From Chitinophagaceae bacterium (GTDB taxonomy: Bacteria > Bacteroidota > Bacteroidia > Chitinophagales > Chitinophagaceae): 64,000 nt of DNA. The DNA lies in the NCBI GenBank assembly GCA_016786805.1, contig JAEUVP010000557.1, positions 8,710-72,709 on the forward strand. The letters run 5' to 3'. Every line of letters starts with the position of its first letter. The stretch's first letter is position 1. The position numbers and the translations under genes are program-made. The notes beneath the pieces are model-generated. The model searched no databases and was not told the DNA's origin. It saw nothing but the letters and a program-made list of their open reading frames with translations. Of this stretch, positions 47,668-56,379 are shown piece after piece.

Positions 47668-48600
47668 TTATGCACCACCCCTCCTTCCCTTTCGCCATTG
47701 ATTCGGCGTCTGCCCGAAACGCTTGCGAAATTCGGTGATAAAACCGGCGAGTGTTTCATACCCGCTTTGCGAACAAATATCCTTCAGCGGCAGGTCGGTG
47801 CTTTCCAGCAGGAATTGCGCATGTTCCATCCGGCGTTGAATGAGCCGGGGGAAAATGCCGATCCCGAAGACTTGCTCATACGCTTTCTTCAGGAAAAAAG
47901 TATTCGTGCCCGCCCTTCGCGCAAGATCACGGATCGTATGACTGGCATCCAGGTTCTCAGCAATATACTGGTCGGTCTCGTACACAAACGCCAGTTGCTG
48001 CGGACTGAAAGCTCCGGGTTGTATAAAATCGGTCGCACTCACATGATGAAACAATAATTCCCGGATCGCATTACCATAATAGAAGATGCGCAACTGTTCA
48101 GCAAAAGGATGAACGAGGATGCCATGGATAGTTTCCAGCATCAGGGCCGGCAGCGGGCGGGGTTGGGTACTGGCGGGAAGCACAGGAAGTCCGAGTTGCT
48201 CCAGCAGGGCCGGGGAATAATGAATACGAAAGTACCTGCAATCTTTAGCCGAAGTAAAGGTAGCCTGCACCTGCGGCAGATCGGTCAGCAGGTATTGACC
48301 AGGGAATAAGGAAGTATGGCTTCCGTCCGGGTAATTGAATTGCACTTCGCCATGAAGTAATGTCTCCAGCCGCAGCCAGGGTTGTTGTTCCCGGATAGTT
48401 AAGCTATAAGTTTCTTCTGCCTGCAATTGCAGCAGCGATAATTGAAACGTGGAATGACTGAACAGATGCAAATGGACAGTCAGCTGGGACTTTGCAGAAG
48501 AGAATAGCAAGGCACCAGGGATCTTTGTTCCCCGGAAGCTGCGCGGGTTGGCGGGCTTCAGCCCGATAGGTTCTCCTGTTAGTTGGTTCAGTTCCGTCAT
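47668..48600 (-). CDS. AraC-family transcriptional regulator (soluble, N-terminal ligand-binding-type domain)
   Basis: C-terminal double HTH (IRDLARRAGTNTFFLKKAYEQVFG ... SGYETLAGFITEFRKRFGQTPNQWR). Confidence 0.85.
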   Translation of the reverse strand: MTELNQLTGEPIGLKPANPRSFRGTKIPGALLFSSAKSQLTVHLHLFSHSTFQLSLLQLQAEETYSLTIREQQPWLRLETLLHGEVQFNYPDGSHTSLFPGQYLLTDLPQVQATFTSAKDCRYFRIHYSPALLEQLGLPVLPASTQPRPLPALMLETIHGILVHPFAEQLRIFYYGNAIRELLFHHVSATDFIQPGAFSPQQLAFVYETDQYIAENLDASHTIRDLARRAGTNTFFLKKAYEQVFGIGIFPRLIQRRMEHAQFLLESTDLPLKDICSQSGYETLAGFITEFRKRFGQTPNQWRKGRRGGA

Positions 48601-48796
48601 GCCTTCGTCCTTAGCGGCTTAATTTCGCAGAATTCGTGGTGCAAGCATTTTGCTACGGATAATTTTTATTTAGCAGAACAACTATGCACCAACTTTATGG
48701 ACGTTCCGTCCCACCTTCCGGTATCTTCCTCTATCGTCTTTCCTTCTTCCGGACTTTCGGTCTCCCCTTCCATCATCTTCCACCATAAACTATGGA

Positions 48797-48846
48797 CCAT
48801 GGACAATCGACCATGGACTATCGACCATGGACTATCGACCATGGAC
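48797..48846. repeat. 14-bp tandem repeat CCATGGAC(A/T)ATCGA, 3.5 copies
   Basis: Units at 48797-48810, 48811-48824 and 48825-48838, plus a partial unit at 48839-48846. Each carries the CCATGG palindrome. A pyrimidine-rich tract lies next to it at about 48700-48790. Confidence 0.85.
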
Positions 48847-48853
48847 CCTCTCC

Positions 48854-49516
48854 CTACACCACCACCAAATCATGCTTGATCGCATAAATAACGATCCCGA
48901 TCGCATTCTTCGCCCCGGTCTTCTCCTGTAACTTTTCGCGGTGACTCTCCACGGTGCGGATACTCAATGTTAACTTCGAAGCGATCTCTTTACTGGTATA
49001 TTGCTGGCACATCAGCTTAATGATATCGAGTTCACGGGGAGTGAACCGCACAATGGGTTGGTTGCGGTAGGGATTAAATTTACTGTCCGCGATCATGCGG
49101 GTGAGTTTTTCCGAGGTGGCGCTGCAATAATAGGTATTGCCTTCATAGACAGCCCGCACGGCCGTGAGCAGTTCCTGTTTATTCGTATTCTTCAGTAAAT
49201 AACCTTTCGCACCGGCTTCCAGCATATCCACGATCAGGCTGTCTTCATTGAACATCGAAAGAGCGATCACCTGCACATCGGGAAATTTTTTCCGGATAGC
49301 CTTACAGGCATCAACACCGTCCAGCACAGGCATTTTGATATCAACGATCACGACATCTGGTTTGGCCTCCTCCAAGACCTTGAGCAATTCACGGCCATGC
49401 TCTGCTTCACCCACCAGTTGAACTTCGTTCTGGTCACGCAGGAGCAGCTTAAATCCTTCCCGAAAAATTTCATGATCATCTGCGATAGCGATCTTAATAC
49501 GTGCATACATAATCAA
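48854..49516 (-). CDS. NarL/LuxR-family response regulator
   Basis: Receiver (IAIADDHEIFREG, VVIVDIKMPVLDG) plus LuxR HTH (LTPRELDIIKLMCQQYTSKEIASKLTLSIRTVESHR). Confidence 0.9.
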   Translation of the reverse strand: MIMYARIKIAIADDHEIFREGFKLLLRDQNEVQLVGEAEHGRELLKVLEEAKPDVVIVDIKMPVLDGVDACKAIRKKFPDVQVIALSMFNEDSLIVDMLEAGAKGYLLKNTNKQELLTAVRAVYEGNTYYCSATSEKLTRMIADSKFNPYRNQPIVRFTPRELDIIKLMCQQYTSKEIASKLTLSIRTVESHREKLQEKTGAKNAIGIVIYAIKHDLVVV

Positions 49517-49528
49517 ACCTTAAAAAAA

Positions 49529-50266
49529 TTATAAAGGGATCTCGAATAAAAACGCAGATCCTTTGCCCATCTTTGATTCAGTAGTCATCGTACCACCTAA
49601 AAGTTCAGTACGGTTCCGCAGGCTCAGCAGGCCCATACCGGAGCCGGGTATCGTACTATCAAAACCTTGGCCGTTATCCCGGCAGAGTACCTTAAACTTG
49701 CCGGGGACTTGTTCCATCCGGATCTCCATCAACGTTGCGTTCGCGTGTTTCACCGTGTTATGGATCACTTCCTGCAGTACACGGTACAAGTGGATCATAC
49801 AATGTTCCGGTATGTCAATCGTGGCCGGGTGTTCAAACACGATTTGCAGCGGGCTGATACTTTTTATCTTACTGATAAATTCTTCCACGGCCACAAGTAA
49901 TCCTTTTCGAAGCAGGGTACTTGGCATCAGGTCATTGGAAATTTCCCGCATCCTGGCGATCATCTCATCCAGTTGCACACTCGCCGAATCCAATTGTTCC
50001 TTGTCCGGGTGCGAACTTTGCGAAGCCAGGTCCACTTTGAACTTGATGACGGAAAGCACAGGGCCCAGTTCATCATGCAGGTCGGCGGCGATCCGGGAAC
50101 GTTCTTTCTCCATGGCTTTGATCTCCGCCAGTATATTCGCTTTTTGTAACGCGAGGTTACGCCGTTGCTGCCGGATCACCGAGAGCGCAAAAAACCCGAT
50201 GATCACTCCGATCACCACAGCAGTGATCACGATAGCAGTAAAGATTCTTGCTTCCTGGGCATCCAT
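49529..50266 (-). CDS. sensor histidine kinase, HisKA_3 type (one TM helix)
   Basis: H-box RSRIAADLHDELGPVLS. N-box NTVKHANAT. DNGQGF and GMGLLSLRNRTELLGG boxes. Confidence 0.85.
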   Translation of the reverse strand: MDAQEARIFTAIVITAVVIGVIIGFFALSVIRQQRRNLALQKANILAEIKAMEKERSRIAADLHDELGPVLSVIKFKVDLASQSSHPDKEQLDSASVQLDEMIARMREISNDLMPSTLLRKGLLVAVEEFISKIKSISPLQIVFEHPATIDIPEHCMIHLYRVLQEVIHNTVKHANATLMEIRMEQVPGKFKVLCRDNGQGFDSTIPGSGMGLLSLRNRTELLGGTMTTESKMGKGSAFLFEIPL

Positions 50267-50880
50267 AAAACAGCGATTGCGTAAATAATATTGACAACTA
50301 AATTAACATAGGCCATGATACGATACACTTCAAGCCGGAACGATTTGCTGGCATTCAATCCATAGATCCAGAATATTTCCACCAACAGGGCGTACGTAAA
50401 AAACAGGATGAACCCGGTACAGATGATGAATTTCGAATTCTTCAGCAATCCCTTTCGCTCGGCTGCCTGAACTTTGTTGATCATCGTGATACTGAGTAAG
50501 ACGATCATGAAATACGAAAAAACAATAAAGTAGGAACTGAAACTCCGGATACTGGAAAAAACGAAATTCTCAGCGATCCAGGTGGATAGGATCAGCAGTA
50601 ACAAAATACCAAAAGACAAGTTACGGTGCCGGAAGATCCTGAAATTGTAAAAGAACCACAGGATCAAAGCTACTTCGATCAGGGTATAAATATTCGTATT
50701 GACGGCATTGGAGAAACCTCTTGAAATAATGATCGTATTGATAAGTTCATTGAGCAGTCCTGTCCACATTAATAGAAAGAAAGGAAGATAAGCCCTGTCA
50801 GTTCGCCGGAAACGGACAAGGCTTATCATTGCTGCAATCGCAATGGAATAACTGAATAGCTCCACCAGGTTATAATTCAT
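50227..50880 (-). CDS. polytopic membrane protein (6 helices), possibly the detached sensor domain of the downstream kinase
   Basis: Hydrophobic throughout. Its 3' end overlaps the kinase ORF by 40 nt in another frame. Confidence 0.5.
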   Translation of the reverse strand: MNYNLVELFSYSIAIAAMISLVRFRRTDRAYLPFFLLMWTGLLNELINTIIISRGFSNAVNTNIYTLIEVALILWFFYNFRIFRHRNLSFGILLLLILSTWIAENFVFSSIRSFSSYFIVFSYFMIVLLSITMINKVQAAERKGLLKNSKFIICTGFILFFTYALLVEIFWIYGLNASKSFRLEVYRIMAYVNLVVNIIYAIAVLWMPRKQESLLLS

Positions 50881-50892
50881 CAGTTCAATTTA

Positions 50893-51252
50893 TCAATCTC
50901 CATTCAGGGGTGACTCAGGCGGGCAATCTTCCGGGCAGCGTCGTCCGTTCTCCACGATATCATCCCCGCCCGTCAGGTTGGTTGCCGCACCAACAGCCAG
51001 CATATCTTCATTTTTGTCATTAACGGCAACGGCGATAGCATGCACTTTCTGCGAAACGTCCATCCCGTAATAAATACGGATACCTGCACAGCCGCTCTTG
51101 GCAAGTAAGGTATCAAAGGTAACCCGGTCAAAGGTCTCACTCAGGGCCAAAATATTCTGGCCCCTGAATTCAGGTGCTAAAATAGTTTCCCGCATGTTGC
51201 GGTAAAGCGTGGTCATGTCAACAGCTTGTGGAAGAGAAATGAATTGGCTCAT
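50893..51252 (-). CDS. hypothetical protein (119 aa)
   Basis: First gene of the co-directional block 51252-48854. No motif recognised. Confidence 0.45.
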   Translation of the reverse strand: MSQFISLPQAVDMTTLYRNMRETILAPEFRGQNILALSETFDRVTFDTLLAKSGCAGIRIYYGMDVSQKVHAIAVAVNDKNEDMLAVGAATNLTGGDDIVENGRRCPEDCPPESPLNGD

Positions 51253-52275
51253 ATTGGTTCTTTTTATAGGTGAAAAGATGCCGGCAAATTCAATCGAACC
51301 AACTTACCAAACAACCGTATTAATACGGATAGGCACAGGGAGCTTACCACATCCTGACACCTGACTCGGTATTGATTAGCCTCAATGTAACAAGCAACAG
51401 GAAATCAACACTAAAACAAATCAAACACAAAAAACGACAATTCATTCCGCACATTATTTCGTTTGTATAGAAGGAGGCCCAGTTCACCCATTTTCAGTAA
51501 TTCCACGGACAGGTAATTAGTAAAATCAATCCTGTTTATTTCTTTTATCATTTCTTTAAAATAAAACATGTAATTAAAGATGGGGTACAGTTACCCCAAG
51601 CTGCCTATTTGTATGGAATAACCCAAAATTCATAAGTATAGAATACTTTGTCGCAAATTCATTTACCAATGGCAAATGAGATCACCTAACATTACCCCTT
51701 GCTGTCAAGGTGTCCTCTAACAGTACATTATACATTAAGACTACTTCATCCAACCCTTGTTTAGTTTGGATAAGGATATCCATAACGGACTATTTCATCC
51801 TTAATGGCTTTTGGTTGTGAAAATCGAAGGGTATTGATTTATGCAGATTGACAGACAATCCACATACAGTTCCTATTGCACCATATCACTTTATCCGGAT
51901 TCATCATAGCAAATTTCGTGGCAAGAGCTTGACTGTTGATTTGAAATTCAATACGATCTTAAGGTCTGATCAGGCCCTTTATGACCAGAGGGAATCCGTG
52001 AAAATACGGATGTAATCATAATTAAGATTCTTTACATTTAAACGATTTTAGGAATTAGAATCTTTTCAAAAAACCAATTTTTACCGCAATTATTTTTTTT
52101 CTCAAAATAGAGAAATATAAAACCCGGTTTTCATTATGTATGGCCCCTCTGGCCTGCATGATATGCTAAATATATGTTTGAAACAAAAAAGTAAATCAAC
52201 CCAGCTGACAAATTGTCCAAATACAGCCCAACCATTACCTAAGAATTCGCAATACTATAACCATACTCACAGATT

Positions 52276-54579
52276 ATGGCTCTCTTCAAAGATATTTTGG
52301 CATTAAGAGAAATCTCAGACAATGTTCTGAGAGGTTATAAATTTGAACAAACTATAAGAGAAATCCAGCCCTGGGATAGAAAACCACCGATAGCTGCCAC
52401 ATTACCATCCGAACAGTTGGATGGCATTTTTCTCTGGAAAGATCAGGCCTATTTAATTGAATCAAAGGCAAAACATGATATCATAACGCCAGGGTCACAC
52501 GACTGGGAAGACTTTGAATTAAAAATTCGAAAACGGAAAAATACAGTGATCGGATTGTTTTGTTCACTTTTTCCGGTCAGCGAAAAGCTATATGAACATG
52601 CAGAACAATTAAACAAAGAAGGGCATTTTGTTATTGTTCTGGCTGGGCACATTTGGGATGAGTTGAATCAGTACCAGCTTCCAATTAAAGACTTGCTGGA
52701 ATACATGAATTTATTTAGCAGAGTAAAATTTATGGCTAGGCCGCCTGGGATCCAGATAATTCTTGACTGGTGTTACGATAAAGAGACAACTCAAAACAAG
52801 ATAACTAACTTATGTAAACGAAATTCTTCTACATTCCTGAGGAGACATAAATCGCCATTTCACTCCTCACTATACATAACAAGAGATATTGACATTCAGG
52901 TTCATGCATTTTCCAATAACCTAAAACCCTCAACGTTACAGAAGGAAAAAGAGAAGCCAAAACAAATTTGTTTAATACGAGACTACTCAGGCTCTGGAAA
53001 AACCACATTATCTCTGGAAATAGCAAGCAGCCAGGAAATATACTGTGGAACTGGCCTTACCGCTAACGAGCAAGATATCGATGAACGATTTGCTGATTTT
53101 TTTAAATCACTGGGAGACAACTATGGCTTGCTTGAAATCATCTCATTAAATAAACCGCTGGTCTTTGTAATTGACTCCCTGGATGAGGCTAACCTGGATT
53201 TGCAGAAAAAGAAAAAAGAAATTCTTTCCATTCTGAAATTCATTGAAGAGGACCTAAACAATGCTGCTGAATTACTAAATCTGCTTGCCTATCCCTTGCT
53301 TGTGATCTTTACTATCAGGGAAGACTACTGGCGTGATTGGGAATCAATATTCGAAGGCCGAAAAAGAAATGATATTAATAAACGAATTTCTTCCTTTGCT
53401 ACTGATGAGTTACCAAAGGCTATTCACAATTACTCAAAATGTTATAGTTATTCTATAATTAATGAAATAAGTGCAGAATCAAAACGGGTGCTTTCCACAC
53501 CGATCAACCTGCTTATATTCTCGGAGACATATAAATACTACGGGGATATTGAAATTGAAGAAATTTGGGAAGGTAATGTAATAGACACTTATTTTTCGAG
53601 AAAGAAGGAAGATATTTACAAAAGGTACATTCAGGGCTTCACTTCAAAAATATTCTTTCAACTCATTTCTCTGCTGGCCTTCCATACTGTATTAACAAAA
53701 AAAAACGCTGTTAGTAAAAACGAAATTGAGTATATAATAAACGTCAACTTCCCGATCCTGAACCCATACAATGACGAAATAATAAATGCGATTGTCTCGG
53801 AATTAATACTAATTCAGGATTCTGAAAATCTGAATCAATTAAGATTCCGGCATTCACGATTTATAGAGTTCTTACTTGCATATTACATTGTATCTTCTAT
53901 TGAGAGAGAACGATCCCTTAACAAACTTGACTACTTTGCAAAAATTTCATTTGAATCAGGTATTGTATTAATGTTCAGGGTCCATGACGACATCAGATTC
54001 ATTGGGAAAACAAAATTTCCGGAAATAGTTTACCAAATAGAAGACTATTACTCAAAGTCCAATTTCTTTATGTCAAAGAAATTATTGCGTCTCCGGTCGG
54101 ATCTATCAGTGAGCCTGACAACAGGGAAAGAGGATGTTGAATTGATATTGCGAAATACAAATAGCAATGACCCGGAATTGATTTCAAATGCCTATTTCGT
54201 AATTGTGGCAAAAGCTAATCATCAACCGCAGGAAACGGTTTTGAACTTATTTATTGCATCATTTAAGAGTTGTCCAAAACTCAATGAAAGGTATAAACTG
54301 ATCGCTAAACTCGAGTATCATAATCTACTGCTGCATGAAGCAGTCTTGGATTGCATACTCCTTTCGAACCTTAGCAAGGATTGGGAGGTGTTTTTGGGAC
54401 TTATCTTAAAAAACCGGCTAAATAAAGAATTCAAAGAGTTGTGGGAGCAATCGGACAGCAATACAAAATTGGAGAAAATTATTAAAAGCACCTTTACAGA
54501 AGATTGGCGTCAGGTTATAAGACTCAGAAAGTCAATTTTAGAAAACACAATAATGGTTTTGGGAGAGCTTGAGGATTGA
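52276..54579 (+). CDS. NACHT/STAND NTPase with an N-terminal PD-(D/E)xK (Mrr-like) nuclease module and a helical C-terminal region
   Basis: N-terminus GYKFEQTIREI...LDGIF...YLIESKAK (D...ExK). Walker A DYSGSGKTTLSLEI. Walker B LVFVIDSLDEA. NACHT-type LLVIFTIRED, STPINLLIFSE and winged-helix RFRHSRFIEFLLAYY. Confidence 0.8.
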   Translation: MALFKDILALREISDNVLRGYKFEQTIREIQPWDRKPPIAATLPSEQLDGIFLWKDQAYLIESKAKHDIITPGSHDWEDFELKIRKRKNTVIGLFCSLFPVSEKLYEHAEQLNKEGHFVIVLAGHIWDELNQYQLPIKDLLEYMNLFSRVKFMARPPGIQIILDWCYDKETTQNKITNLCKRNSSTFLRRHKSPFHSSLYITRDIDIQVHAFSNNLKPSTLQKEKEKPKQICLIRDYSGSGKTTLSLEIASSQEIYCGTGLTANEQDIDERFADFFKSLGDNYGLLEIISLNKPLVFVIDSLDEANLDLQKKKKEILSILKFIEEDLNNAAELLNLLAYPLLVIFTIREDYWRDWESIFEGRKRNDINKRISSFATDELPKAIHNYSKCYSYSIINEISAESKRVLSTPINLLIFSETYKYYGDIEIEEIWEGNVIDTYFSRKKEDIYKRYIQGFTSKIFFQLISLLAFHTVLTKKNAVSKNEIEYIINVNFPILNPYNDEIINAIVSELILIQDSENLNQLRFRHSRFIEFLLAYYIVSSIERERSLNKLDYFAKISFESGIVLMFRVHDDIRFIGKTKFPEIVYQIEDYYSKSNFFMSKKLLRLRSDLSVSLTTGKEDVELILRNTNSNDPELISNAYFVIVAKANHQPQETVLNLFIASFKSCPKLNERYKLIAKLEYHNLLLHEAVLDCILLSNLSKDWEVFLGLILKNRLNKEFKELWEQSDSNTKLEKIIKSTFTEDWRQVIRLRKSILENTIMVLGELED

Positions 54580-54912
54580 AAAGCTCACAACCCGGAAAGC
54601 ATTTTTTTTATATGGACCTGGATAGGGAAGTGTTCAGGTTTTTCTACCATATAAGGGCATCCTCATTTTTTTACAACTTACAGGAAGGGGTCTGAGGACC
54701 CGCATATACGAGTATTTGTGGAAATATTTATTACAAAACAACTGAGTCCAACCTTTTACAATGTAATGAGATATTCCCGTTTGGATTTACCACGATAAGA
54801 ACTATTATCTCCTGCTCTCCACTCCCTAAATTAGTAATGCAAAAATGGTTTCCAAATCAAATGCAGGGCTCATGCACGCTAAACAAATGTTAGGGTTACA
54901 GAGGATCATTCC

Positions 54913-56379
54913 CTACCCCCTGATCACATACTCCACATAACAACTTCCCTGGGCAAAACTGTTCGTAAACTCCTTTTTTTCTTCCCGGGTCAGTTGTCCC
55001 CGCAGTTCCTTGGCTTTCGCAGCCGTTACCACACCCTGGTCGGTTCTGATCAATCTCCCCTTTGTTTTATCAATAAGTACTTTGTATAAAGGCTTGGCCG
55101 GAAAATTGGTCGAGCCTCCCCATTCCTCCGGTATCGCATTCTGAATTAAAGGCATCATCGCAACGAGGTCGGGACTCTTGACATATTCCAGCCCGCTCAC
55201 CGAAGCAGTTCCGTTATGACTGCCATGGTGTCCCACTTTATAAAACACAGTATGGTTCAGTAATTCAACAGTGGTCTTGCCACCATTGTCTTTTAGCTGT
55301 TGACTGACATCCGGTTTATGCCATCCCATCCAGTTCCCGGATTGTGCATCACCTGGCAACAGGATCACCCGGCCGCTATCTTCAAATTCAATCGCCATGG
55401 CTAAGCTGGTATTATTCGTCAATCTCGTGGCTTTTAAAGCAATCGAAGCAGAGGTTTCCAGCCAGTCGGTTTCGATCTGCCGCCACGCAAAGGCTTCGGA
55501 ATTGTAAACCTTATTGAATGCCCGGATAGCAGCCGCATCCATAAGGAATTCATCCGCAAAAGGGGATCTGCCTTCCACCAGGTCGATCCCTGTATTTAAT
55601 AGTCGCTCTTCTTCGGGCATTTCACCTTCATCGGTGGGGCTGTTCATCGCCAGGTGGTACATTTCCTCATCTTTCAGGGCGATCTTGAAAAACTTCATGT
55701 CGCGGTCCCGTGGAGGACCCAGCATAAAAAACTTCATGCCTTCGGCACCGGTAATATCTTTAATAACCTCACCGGGTAGCCGGTATTGAATTTTTCCCTT
55801 ATTCCGCACATAGTCCATTGCCTGGTCATTGGTGGGCTTGGCCCCCTTGAGGGCTTTTTGGCCAGGTTCAAAACCTAATTCAAAATGAACCAGGTTACGG
55901 GTGTTTTGCATGCTCAGTTTTCTCTTTTCCAGGCGTTTTCCGGCATCCTTAACCGGGGGTAAAACTTGGTTGGTATTCCCCATCACCTGCAGGGCACGGT
56001 CAGCATGGTCCTGTAAACGGGCCAGTGTCTTTCCGAATTTAGTTTTCAAAACTTTGGCAACTGCATCATTCTTATTTTCGATCCAGCTCATCCAAACATC
56101 CTTGACAGTGATCTGGTCAAATATTGTCTTTGCCTGGTTAAAACCAGATACATGATCAAGATGCTGATGAGTCACGACCAGCAGGTCTAATTTCCCGCCG
56201 CAGGTCTTTTGAATATCCAGCACCGCGGGACTGATCTTCGCAGTACTCGTACTGAAACCACCACAATCGATTAGCATACTAAAACTCGTTTGACCCTGCT
56301 TCTGGAATAATAATAACAGGCAATCGCCCACCGAACCGGTATCATACATCCGGAATTTAATCGCATCAACTTTACTCAT
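54913..56379 (-). CDS. MBL-fold metallo-hydrolase (ComEC-like signature), cytoplasmic
   Basis: LLVVTHQHLDHVSGF (HxHxDH), LLPGDAQSGNW, YKVGHHGSHNG. About 270-aa insertion between motifs. No signal peptide. ATGA overlap with the upstream gene. Confidence 0.8.
   Translation of the reverse strand: MSKVDAIKFRMYDTGSVGDCLLLLFQKQGQTSFSMLIDCGGFSTSTAKISPAVLDIQKTCGGKLDLLVVTHQHLDHVSGFNQAKTIFDQITVKDVWMSWIENKNDAVAKVLKTKFGKTLARLQDHADRALQVMGNTNQVLPPVKDAGKRLEKRKLSMQNTRNLVHFELGFEPGQKALKGAKPTNDQAMDYVRNKGKIQYRLPGEVIKDITGAEGMKFFMLGPPRDRDMKFFKIALKDEEMYHLAMNSPTDEGEMPEEERLLNTGIDLVEGRSPFADEFLMDAAAIRAFNKVYNSEAFAWRQIETDWLETSASIALKATRLTNNTSLAMAIEFEDSGRVILLPGDAQSGNWMGWHKPDVSQQLKDNGGKTTVELLNHTVFYKVGHHGSHNGTASVSGLEYVKSPDLVAMMPLIQNAIPEEWGGSTNFPAKPLYKVLIDKTKGRLIRTDQGVVTAAKAKELRGQLTREEKKEFTNSFAQGSCYVEYVIRG

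Noticed and set aside
48797-48846. Possible CRISPR array
   Set aside because: The repeats are 14 bp and directly abutting with no spacers, and there are no cas genes. This is a simple tandem repeat.
48583-48879. 98-aa + strand ORF (..WTMDNRPWTIDHGLSTMDP..)
   Set aside because: The peptide periodicity is only the translation of the 14-bp tandem DNA repeat and the pyrimidine tract. It spans an intergenic region between two minus-strand genes.
49563-50288. 241-aa + strand ORF
   Set aside because: It lies exactly antisense to the well-supported histidine kinase 49529-50266. The translation is Ser/Ile/Cys-rich with no motifs. This is a typical shadow ORF.
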